Made by a program: the position numbers and the translations under genes. Shown piece by piece: positions 12,151 to 23,592 of a stretch of 64,000 nt of DNA (position 1 is its first letter; every line of letters starts with the position of its first letter). This stretch comes from Octopus vulgaris (taxonomy: Eukaryota). A model generated the notes under the pieces. The model saw only the letters and a program-made list of their open reading frames with translations, was not told the origin of the DNA and ran no database searches. Location: assembly GCA_951406725.2 (NCBI GenBank), contig OX597815.1, forward strand, positions 66,836,001 through 66,900,000, in the 5' to 3' direction.

Positions 12151-15100
12151 ATATATATATAAATTGAGGCAGAAATGCTCTTCCTGTCATCAACCTTCAT
12201 CTGTTTTCAAATCAAGTGATATTACCCCGTGACAAACATGTTATTCACAGAAGGCTATGAAAGAACATCTCACACACACACACACATTTATTATTACATA
12301 TAAATTCTTGTTGAGGAAATAAAGCTTAAGAACTTCAATATTCTTATGTCTAAAAGACATGCAATATAAATAATCTTTCCAGCTGTAAGCACAAGGCTTA
12401 AATTTTGGTGCTGGTGGGGTTGATTTCATCATCACCACTTCTTGACTGGTACTTATTTCCTCAACCCATAAAGGATGAAAGGCAAAGTCTACCAAAGCAG
12501 AGTTTGAACTCAAAACGTCAAGGCAGACAATAAATTCCAATAACCATTTTGACTGGTGTACTAACAATTCTGCCAGCTCACTGCCTATACAATAATATAA
12601 ATAATGGCAGCAAATAGATAATGAACACTTTTTTTACCATATTGGGAAATTTTACCATTTTCCCAATCAATATACCAAATTTATTCATACTTAGGATGAT
12701 TCTCTTCTTGACAATCTCAGCATTCAATCACTGCATTTGTAAATAAATGATCAAACCATTTGTTAATATTCAGTTTCCAGGTCAATGGAAAAGTAAAATT
12801 TCTGGTGAACTGAATCAGTAAACCAATTCTGATTCCAAAGTGAAATCAGTTCTTTAAATTTTTGAAAGTGTGATGGAACAGTAAGTTTAGAAGTACACCA
12901 GATTGAATCACATCAGAATAAGTAGTTTTGTTCCTCTGCGTTCTGAGTTTGAATTTATGCTACCCATTGATTCGATGAATATGTTATTAAAGCACTAATT
13001 TTCAGCCAAATACCCTTCCCTTATATGTTTTTCAAGTAAGGGATCAAAAGGATCATTTATTTTACAGGTTTTTGAACATGAGACGCTGATAAAGGAAATA
13101 ACAAGAGAAACATCACTTGTAGCTTGGCAATTTTTGGAGAGACATATATGTAAACAAACACACACACACACACATATGCATGCACTCACATACATGCACA
13201 CATGTGCACATACAGACACACATGCATGCGCACACACACACACATGCATACACACATAATACATCCATCCATACATACATATATATATATATATAAATAT
13301 ACACACACACACATATATATGTATATATATATATATAGACACACACACATATGTGTATATGTCTATGTATGTATATATTATATTAAGAGTCAGTTGGGGT
13401 CAGTTTTGTCTTTCACTCCCAGATTCAATAAATTAAGCATCGGTCAAGTACTGGACTCTAATTCAGTCCTTTGTGACCTTGCATGAATAAAATCAATACC
13501 CAGTCAGATTGATATACAGTTTAGTCAGCAATTTCATTATGGAGTTGTTCTTTCTTTTTTTCTATTTGCTTTGTTGCCAAGTCTATGTTTTCCCCGACAC
13601 AACACCATGCCAATAATGAGATGTGACCATCCAGTTGGGAAACCTATATTTTATTCACACAGTCACTGCAACTACTGTAAGAAACATCTATAGTTAAATA
13701 TTAAATATATAACTGTCACATTTAACTGCAGGAGTTTGTATCTTATTGCTAAAGGTGAAGTGTGTTATTTATTTCACACTATCACCTACCTACCTACATA
13801 CCCATTGATTCTTGATTCTCTGTCCCTATCTTCTTTTATAATCCACCTGTCCCTATTCTCTCTTTATCCACTTTCTTGCATCATGAATGCACACCTTGAT
13901 ACCTTATTGCCATCATCCTTTCTCCCTTTCCAGCTGGGGTAGTCATGTATCTCCTCTACTACAAGACATCTATCTCTGTTGCTCTATTCTCCTTTAGCCT
14001 CTCATCACCTGGCATAAAGTAACCACCTTCAATGTAATATCCCAACTTAGTTGGTGGTGGTGGGGGGGCTTCTCTTATGAGTTACTTGGTGACTTCACTA
14101 GTACTGGTGCCATATAAAGAGTATCCAATACATTCTGTAAAGTGGTTGGCGTTAGGAAGGGCATCCAGCTGTAGAAATCATGCCAAAGCAGACACTGGAG
14201 CTTAATGCAGACCTCCGGCTCATCAGATCCTGTTGAACCGTACAATTCAAACTTGGAACGGGTGAAATGGGCCGCTCCTTTCCCGATCAGAGGTGGCTGT
14301 ATATTGCAGCCATTGCGACGTGACAAATGCACGGTGCCAAGTGGGCCACAGTTCAATGATTGAATAATGTAAAAGAAAGTAAGAAGGAAAGAATATCTCC
14401 ACACTACATTTCCCAGTTTATCCTTTTTCTAAGACAGTAGGCTGTGGTTTGAAGTAGATTTTGATGCTATCTCCTGCAGAACAAGCCACCATGTGAGAGC
14501 TGGTCTCTCATTTGTTTCTTATATTTCTACTTGCTTACTTTTGTTGGCACACCTTTCTCTGAAAATCTATCCTTACTGACAGAATCTCTGTGAGAAAATT
14601 TTCAAAACAGAACAAAATTATTTTGAGTCATCTAGTGGTGGTGATGGTAGTTGTTCTTTTTAGTGTGGTGGTGAGGATAGTGGTGATAATGATGGTGATG
14701 GTTGTGGTGGTGGTGTTGGTTTTGGTGGTGGTTGTGGTAGTGATGGAATTCTCTCAATGTTCAAGGGTGCTGTGAATTTTTTTGGTTGGGGAGAGGGGTT
14801 TATCAGATATACATGAGCCCTTCCTTGGTTATTCAACTCTAATCTGATGTACTAGTTGAACCCTCTTCCTCTCTTTTAAGTTCTGCACATTGATAAAGAG
14901 AAGAGTGATTCAGAAGAGGAACATGAGTGCTTGGCACTCTTTCATTGCTTGCACAATGAGAAAATATGTTTGCCTTTATTTCAAAACCTATAATATTAAC
15001 CTTTTAATCATTCAGATTACTCTGTCAAACACTTTTATTTATTTGCATTGTTTCAAGTTAATTATGCATTATCTCAGAGCTTTGAGATTTCGATGATGTG

Positions 15101-16387
15101 ATTGCTTATCTTAAAATAACATTGTAGGATATGCGTGAGATGTCAGTCTGGTCTGTTTAAGCATAAAACAGGCAGAATATTGGGCCAGATATGCTAAAGA
15201 GTTAATATAAGTATGAGATTGATTTTCTAGAACTTTTGATTTCAAAGCCTTTCAAGATTTCTGATTTTTCTGACCAAGGTTGGTCACTTTGGTCAACACT
15301 AAATTCAACAAATATTAAATTTATTTAAATGATTAAATGAAATACATTTATCTGTACATTAGTATAAATGTAAATTATTGTGGATTATAAGAGGTTTTCA
15401 GGCCATCAGTGCCCAGGAAGTTGGTGTTGTACCTATATATGCTTGTACAATCATATTTAACCAGTTTGTGTACAGTCAGACATATGAAGACCTTTCACTG
15501 CAGAAATAGTCATGGGAAAAATTTCTTAGACTTTGTATATGAAAATATTCAACTAGGAATGACATCATTGGATTATAGAACAATTGCATTTCTGTGTCAT
15601 TACACTTCATCAGCTACACATACTAAACCAGTCTTTCACAGTCCTGTAAGAATGCTATGATGGCCTTATTCATAACCTAATGGTGTGTTTTCACATATAG
15701 TATCTATGAGGACAATTTTCTACTGAGACTATTTCCATAGTGAAAGGTCTTCCTATGTCTGGGTGTAAATGAATGTCAAATATGATTACACAGACATATA
15801 TTTCATTCAAAGCTGTTTCATATATTGCTAGTTAGTATTAATTTCTTAGACTAATGCCAATTATTATAAGGATGAGGGGCAGAATTACAACTCATGTTAT
15901 AGTTACAGATTTTATTTATGATACTGTGGCGACAAAAAACAAAAACAAAAAAAATCCAGCCCTAGCCTGATGAAATTTTAATTCAGGCTCTGGAGCCATA
16001 AACTTATATTGCACGGTGCTTAGTTTAGCATGATACTAGTTTAGTCACACCCATTACCATTTGTAATCATTATCATGGTTTTAATGTTAATTTTTCCATT
16101 CTTATATGAGTCAGATGGAATTAATTGAGACAGATTTTCTAAGGTCAGGTGCAATTCCTGTTGCCAACTTTTATCTGTTTCCAGGCAAAGTAGTATATAT
16201 ATACTCTTGGAGTGGTTGGCATTAGGAAGGGCATCAAGCTGTAGAAACTATGCCAAATCAAAACTGGAAGCTGGTGCAGGCCTCTGGCTTACCAGTTCCA
16301 GTGAAACTGTCTAAACCATGCCAGCATGGAAAGTGGATATTAAATGATGATGATAATAATGATGATGATGATGATGATATATATATA

Positions 16388-17345
16388 TCATCATCGTTTA
16401 GCGTCCGCTTTCCATGCTAGCATGGGTTGGATGGTTCAACTGGGGTCTGGGAAGCCAGAAGGCTGCACCAGGCCCAGTCTGATCTGGCAATGTTTCTACG
16501 GCTGGATGCCCTTCCTAACGCCAACCACTCCATGAATGTAGTGGGTGCTTTTTATGTGCCACCGGCACGAGGCCAGTCGGGGTGGTGCTGGCAACGGCCA
16601 CGTTCGGATGGTTCTCTTACGTGCCACCGGCACTGGTATCTCAGCTGCAATTTCCATTGATCGATTTTGATTCTGATTTCTGATTCTGATTCTCACTTGC
16701 CTCAAGTAGAGTTTTGCGTCCCAAGAAGGGAAGGTATGCATAAGTGGACTGGCTACATCCCGTGTAGAAGGCCACGGGTTATGGTCTCACTTGTGCTGCT
16801 GGGTCTTCCCACGCACAGCATACTTCCAGAGGTCTCGGTCTCTAGTCATTTCCTCAGTGAGACCTAAAGTTCAAAGGTCATGCTTCACCACCTCGTCCCA
16901 GATTTTCCTGGGTCTGCCTCTTCCACAGGTTCCCTCAACCGCTAGGGTGTGGCGCTTTTTCACACAACTATCTTCATCCATTCTTGCCACATGACCATAC
17001 CAGTGCAAACGTCTCTCTTGCACACCACATCTGATGCTTCTTAGGTCCAGCTTTTCTCTCAAGGTACTTACACTCTGTCGAGTATGAACACTGACATTAC
17101 ACATCCATTGGAGCATACTGGCTTCATTTCTTGCGAGCTTACGCATATCCTCAGCTGTCACGGCCCATGTTTCACTGCTATGTAGCATGGCTGTTCGTAC
17201 ACACGCGTCATACAGTCTGCCTTTTACTCTGAGCGAGAGGCCTTTTGTCACCAGCAGAGGTAAGAGCTCTCTGAACTTTGCCCAAGCTATTCTTACTGTA
17301 GCAGTTACACTTTCAGCACAACCACCCCCGCTACTGACTTGGTCA
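16388..17345 (-). mobile_element. RTE-clade LINE 3' fragment
   Basis: C-terminus KGRLYDACVRTAMLHSSETW...RRLHWYGHVARM...GRGRPRKIW, 3' UTR and (GAT)n tail. Same family as 23593-26008. Confidence 0.92.
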
Positions 17346-17383
<38 letters not shown>

Positions 17384-18315
17384 CAGGATTTGTAAAGTTT
17401 CATTGATAGAGCATTGGTGGGCCTGGTGTTATATCAGAAGTCATTTGCCAAAGGTAGCATGGAGTGGGATGAGACCTCAAGACCATGTGGTTGGGAAGCA
17501 AACTATTCAACTATTTAACTACACAGTCACACAGTTACAAATTTGTTTTTCTGTTTGGGAAGTTGACAGATAATAAAATATCATTCTACAAAAGCAATCA
17601 ATATATAGGAAAAAACAACTTTAAATTGATCTTTAAGCTTCAAAATGTCGAGGTTGGCCAAATGTCTGGTAGAAAGTATCTTCCAAAATATATTATTATT
17701 AGTATTAGTATTGCTATGTTTTGTTATTCTTAACATCAATAAATATAGAATCAACTGGAACAGAAAAATCAATTGATTGTCATTATTCTAATGAGTAGCT
17801 ACAGAATAAAGTGATTTTTACTTCATGATTTCAAGACTGGAAGATACTTGAGGTAGCAGAAATGTTAAATTGATCTTGGTTAGTTTTGATGATAAAGATT
17901 CACTTGTTTGTATTCCAGACATATGACACCTTAAATGTAACCCTCAGGTAGAATCAGTGAAACACAGTATTTTTCAGTCATAGGTACAAGCCATCCAGTA
18001 GGGTTTTGCACAGTTTCATTTGCATTATATTTGATGTTTGTAGTCAGTTCAACATCTCATTGTTCAGAGTTCAAATATCTTTCATCCCTACTGAGGTTGA
18101 TAAATACCTGTAATACACTGGATCAATGTAGTTAGCAAAATTAAGTTAACTAAATCACTGGTGGTGATATAAATAACCTTTGGGACTCTTGCTCCAGTAT
18201 AGCCTCATTCCAATGACTGAAACTGGAAAAGAATATAAAAATGTAGCATTATTGACTCACCCAAATAAATTTAGCACATTAAATATGGGATAGGTCACAA
18301 TATATGGTATAAGTA

Positions 18316-19556
18316 TCAGGTTATTATGAATGAAATGACTGATTTTGAACTGAAAGTTTATTTTACTTTATCTCAACAAAAAGGAAGGGCATCAAGCTGT
18401 AGAAACCATGCTAAATCAAAACTGGAAGCACCTAAATTATCAACATTATTTTGCCATTTTATTGGTAGCTTATTTATTCCAGCAGCGAAGAATTCTGGAG
18501 AGCAAGGGGTGATGAAATTACAAAAGGTTGATTTTGCATTTTCTTCAGATTTGAAGTTTTTTCCTTGCAAAAGGTTGTCTAATGCCTGGAAAATGTGATA
18601 GTTGGTTGGTGCAAGGTCTAGTGAATATGGTGGATGACTGAATGCTTCCAAGTTCAGTTCCTGTAATTTGAGTAGTGTTCTTTGTGTAATGTGGTCAAGT
18701 ATTGTCTTGCAAGAGAATTGGCCTGTCTCTATAGACCAATCTCAGTTTCTTAATTGCAAGTTCTCTCATCATTTCATTCATTTGGTTGATGTATACATCT
18801 GCTGTAATTGACTTACCAGATCTCATGAACCTGTAATGGACGTCACCAGCACTGGACCACCAAACAGACACCATTAGCATTTTTGGTGAATATTTTTTTT
18901 TGCTATTATTGAAAAGAATCCATTTTTCATCACAAATAACAATACGATGCAAAAATGGTTTGCTTTTATGCTGTGACAGTTAAAGAACAGCAAATTTCAA
19001 GATGACGTGTCATTTGATGCTTGTCCAGTTTGCGTGGTACCCACATGTCCAGCTTCTTTACTTTACTGATTTGTTTCAGATGGTCCAATACAGATGGAAT
19101 CAAAACATCAAACCTTGCTGCTAACTCACACATAGTTTGAGATGTATCTGCTTCCATTACAGTTTCCAGCTCATCATTATCCACCTTGGTCTCCGGTCTA
19201 CCATGGGGCTGATTTTCAAGTGTAAAATCACCAGACCGGAACTTCTCAAACCATTGACGTATAGTTAGTTCATTCGTCACATCTTCACCAACCACCTCAT
19301 TGATGTTTCAAGCTGTCTGGGATGCATTGATTCCATGACGGAACTCATATTCATGAACAACAGGAATTTTGGGTTCACAAAAATTAATTGACAAAACTTA
19401 CAATATAATCAGACACCATAAATCGCATTGCGAAAAGTGATGATGTAACTCTTCAATGTTGTAAAACAAAGAATTATCAGCATGAAACATTAGAGTTAAC
19501 GACTGTCAAACTTGGTGCATAAATAAAAATTGGACATTTCATTCTTAATGATCTGA
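18316..19556 (-). mobile_element. Mariner transposon, decayed
   Basis: ~30-bp TIRs with TA duplications. Motifs WVPR, ICDEKW, LLQDN and HPPYSLDLAP spread across frameshifted ORFs. Confidence 0.93.
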
Positions 19557-20153
19557 TATATACATATACATGTATGTGTATGTGTGTTATGTCAGGTCAC
19601 AGTTGAGTGCTACTGGTAGCGTTCTCATCATCTGGCCTCTAACCCTTTGCACATCTATTTTTTCTTCCTCCAAATACTTTATCTCATTCTGTCTCCTCTT
19701 TTAATTTTCTTTCATCTAATGAAGGACTAGTATCTGAAACATCAAGGTGCTCTTTTAAAGTGTTTAATACCACATTTATTAAGACTTATCTCTCCCTTGT
19801 TGTCTGCTTCCTTCTTATGTCCATTACTTTCATTATGTAAATTTATTATGGTACATGGCTTAGTGGTAAGTGTATTCGGGTTATGATCATAAGGTCATGA
19901 GTTCAATTCTTGGTGGTGTGTTGTTTCCTTGAGCAAGACACTGTATTTCATGCTTCTTTAGTCCATTCAGCTGGCAAAATTGAGTTGAATCTGTAATTTA
20001 AAGGTCTCTTTGAGAACTACATTAAGAGTATGCATGTTTATGGAGTTCTCGGTCACTTGCTATTAGTTTCCTGAGCAGGCTGTTACTTTGATTAAATCAA
20101 GTGGAATACTCATTGTAACTGATGGAGTGCCAGTATATATACTAGAAGAGTAC

Positions 20154-20240
20154 TGACAGGGACTTCGAGGTTTCAGCCTACTAGTCTTTATTAGACAATC
20201 TGATGAAGGCAAGAAGGCTGAAATTTCAAAGTCACAGTCA
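20154..20240. ncRNA. Back-to-back pair of minimal hammerhead-like motifs
   Basis: Plus strand CTGATGA-AGGC-aagaag-GCT-GAAAT-TTC; minus strand CTAATAA-AGAC-tagta-GGCT-GAAAC-CTC. The whole unit is an imperfect palindrome. Confidence 0.45.
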
Positions 20241-20539
20241 ACACTCTACTTGTAAAGGTATAACTACTCTACAAAAAGTATTGAGTAATTCTTCAGTTTA
20301 TTGTAAAATTGTATTTATTGTAATTAAAAATTATATATCATTGTCATCATTTAATGTCCATTGTGGTGCTGGCATGGGCTGGACAGTTTGATTGGAGCTG
20401 GTAAGGCCAGGGGCCACATCAGGTTCTGGCATTGTTTCTACAGTTGGATGCCCTTCCTAACACCAACTATTCCACAGAGTGTAGTGGGTGTATTTTATGT
20501 GGCACCAGCACCAGTGCTTTATATATGTATATGCATATA

Positions 20540-20809
20540 TAACCCTAACCATTACCCTAAACCCAAAGTCCAAACACGAACCATAGCCCTAACACTAACC
20601 TAAGGCTAACTCCAACCCCAAACCCCGAAACTCAAATAATGAAACCATAAATCCTAACTCTAATCCCAAACCCTAAGCTTAATGCAAATGCTAACTGCAA
20701 CCCTAACCTTAATCATAAAGCTAAACCTAACCCCTATCCTAAACCTAAGTCCAAATCTTAACCTTAACCCTAAACCCTAACCCCAAACACAAAACCTTTA
20801 AACCCTAAC
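20540..20809. repeat. Degenerate (CCCTAA)n telomere-like repeat
   Basis: Repeated aaccct/ccctaa variants. Confidence 0.8.
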
Positions 20810-21220
20810 TTGAGCCATGTAACCACACATGTGCTTCTCTGACTTTTTCCTTCTCTCTCTCTGATGAAGAGCCATACTCAAAACTTTATAATCCTGCTCT
20901 TTTTTCCATCTTATACTGACTATCAACCTAATACATTCCATGTGTACATCCTTTTGATTTTTGTTATTTTTCAATTTTGAATTGCCTATATAATATCATC
21001 ATCATTTAATGTCTGTTGTCCATGCTGGCATGGGTTGACGGTTTGACTGGGCTGGCACGCTGCACCTGACTGCAGTCTGATTTGGCATAGTTTTCTATGG
21101 CTGGATGTCCTTCCTAATGCCAATCACTCCAAGAGTGTAAGGGTGGTTTTATGTGCCAATTTACGTGACACCGGTATCTGCCATGGCTGTGATTTTGCTT
21201 GGTTTGAGGAGTCAGCCCAC

Positions 21221-21586
21221 AAGCATGGCTGTGTGGTAAGAAGCTTGGTTCCAGGTTCAGTCCCACTGCGTGGCACCTGGGCAAGTATCTTCAACTATAG
21301 CTTCAGGCTGACCAAAGCCTTGTGAGTGGATTTGGTAAACAGAAACTGAAAAGAAGCCCGACGTGTGAATATATATATATATGTATGTATCTGTGTCTTT
21401 GTGTCTGCGTTTGTCCCCACCATCACCACTCAACAACCAGTGTGGGTGTGTTTACATCTCTGTAACTTATCAGTTCAGCAAAAGCAGACAATAGAATAAG
21501 TCCTGGGGTTGGTTTGTCCAAGTAAAACCCTTCAAGGTGGTGCTCTAGCACGGCTACAGTCAAATGACCGAAACAAATAAAAGAAT
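21221..21586 (+). mobile_element. tRNA-derived SINE (representative of a very abundant family)
   Basis: Head gcatggctgtgtggtaag...ggttcagtccc, central gggcaagt...ctatagc, tail cagtcaaatgaccgaaac. Many copies, e.g. 27445-27805, 40531-41032, 46630-47037 and 51277-51740. Confidence 0.85.
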
Positions 21587-22571
21587 AATATATATATATA
21601 TATGTTGAATGGTCAGCAGCTGACCATTCAACATACTACTGTCATGGCACTCTCACATTCTTCTCCCTTTTTCCCCTTCCCAACCAAGAATTCACAATGA
21701 CCTTGAACCCACAAGAGAGACAGAGACAGGCAGAAACAAGGAAAATGCCACTTGTATTTGAGCACTGTACAAATATTCTTTTAAAAAAACTTTTCTTTTA
21801 ATTTTTCTAAATTTAATTGTTTAATTGTTACAGTTGAAAAAGTCTCAATGACTGAAACTGGTAGTGAAATGATTTTTATAAAATTATTTTAGCATTTTCT
21901 ATCTTGACTTTTTTTTCCATATATATATATAATGGTTATATGGTTGAGAATTTTAATTTGCAACCATGTATGTTCAGGCTTGATCCTACTATACAAGCTC
22001 TCCAAGAAAACAATGTATCCTAACCAATGCCTGGTGAATGAAATTTGGTACAGACAGAAACTGTGCAGAAGCTTGTCATGTGTGTGTATATGTCTAATAT
22101 GATACAACATAATTAAAAGAGGATACTAGTGAACGAAACATTTATAGGTTAAGTTGATGCATTTTCCATGATGTTACATGAGAAGTAATACCCCAGATAA
22201 TATTTCACCAAGTAAACATATACATCATTATGATGACAAATACAAGTGGGTGTATTTGGTTATATTTGTAATTGTTTGCAGTTTTTGGACCTCAGACAGT
22301 TTAATGACCTTTTGTGCAACACTTGTTTATTCTGTATATTTTAAACACAGAATTTTTACATGTTTCTTGGATGAGCCAGAAGAAAATGAACAGCATTGTC
22401 TGCTTCCAGACAACTTGCTACATAATGTTTATCGTTTCCAAAGATCAGGTATCAATTTCATGGTATTTATAAAAGTAATTTATAAATGCAGTTACATATA
22501 CATACATAAATGTATATGTATGTATATATTTATGCTTTATTTTTGTCAAGTTATATATAAAAACAATTTAA

Positions 22572-22792
22572 CCCTGTAGCATTCAGATTACTGTGTCAAA
22601 TTTAATACTTGCTAATTTGCATTGTTTTGAATTAATCATGCATTATTCTGCAACTTTGAGATTTCTATGATGAGATTGTATATTTTTAGAATGACATTGT
22701 AGGGTAGGTGTAAGATGCCAGGTTCTGACAGTTTGAACATTAAACAAGTAGAATATTTGGGGCTGGATATGGCTGGTTTAAATGCTAAAGGG
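22572..22792. mobile_element. Second TTAA MITE family (other copies at about 15000-15201 and 49092-49264)
   Basis: ttaaccc(t)ttagcattcagattac...aaatgctaaagggttaa-like ends are shared by three copies. Confidence 0.75.
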
Positions 22793-23592
22793 CTAATATT
22801 AAATAAAAGGATCACTCAATTCTTTTTAGTAGAGTATGTTTATTAAACTTTTACAAGTTAAAAGTTAAGTGTCTTCATTAGACTGATGATGATGAGCAAA
22901 CCAAAATTTCGAAGTCACTGTCAATCTTTTTCTTGTAAAAGTTAATACATACACATGTATATATCTACATATGTACTTACACAGGACATTTGGTATACAG
23001 TAGAGACACTGTTGTTAAAATTTCATGTCCCCACTAAGTAATCCAGCTCTCATATGTCTATAGCAATGAAAACAAAATACAAGTAGTGTAGACCTTTGAC
23101 TTTGTCTCAATTGAAATTCCATGCTGAGACCATAAACATACATCCTATTTTCTAAATGCATCACTGTCTTCATTTGGAGGGAGATTTCATCCTCAAGCAT
23201 ATTTGTCATGTTTAGTAGTTTAAAAAACAAATTTATCCATAACCTGCAATTTCTGTTCATACACATTTGACACAGATGCTGCAGTGAGCAACATGATTGC
23301 AGTCATCAGCATACAACAATTTGTGAATTAGCGATGAAAACAACAGCTTTGTTCTACCAAGCAGTCTTATATTCAACATCCCACTTATTTGATATCTGAT
23401 GTAGACCCTGTGTAAATAATCCTTAAAAGTCATAGCAAAGTATAATGCAAACGAAGTTGGTACTGGTATATCCCCTTGCTTAACATTTTACAACTAAAAT
23501 TGGATCAAAGAGCTTATCACCCACATGCTTTTATTCCATCAAAATTAATGAGGACATTTCCCCAGAATGTTCCACAAAGCATTTCTATTCTC

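Noticed and set aside
14635-14745. Hydrophobic poly-V ORF
   Set aside because: It is a degenerate (GTG/GAT)n trinucleotide repeat.
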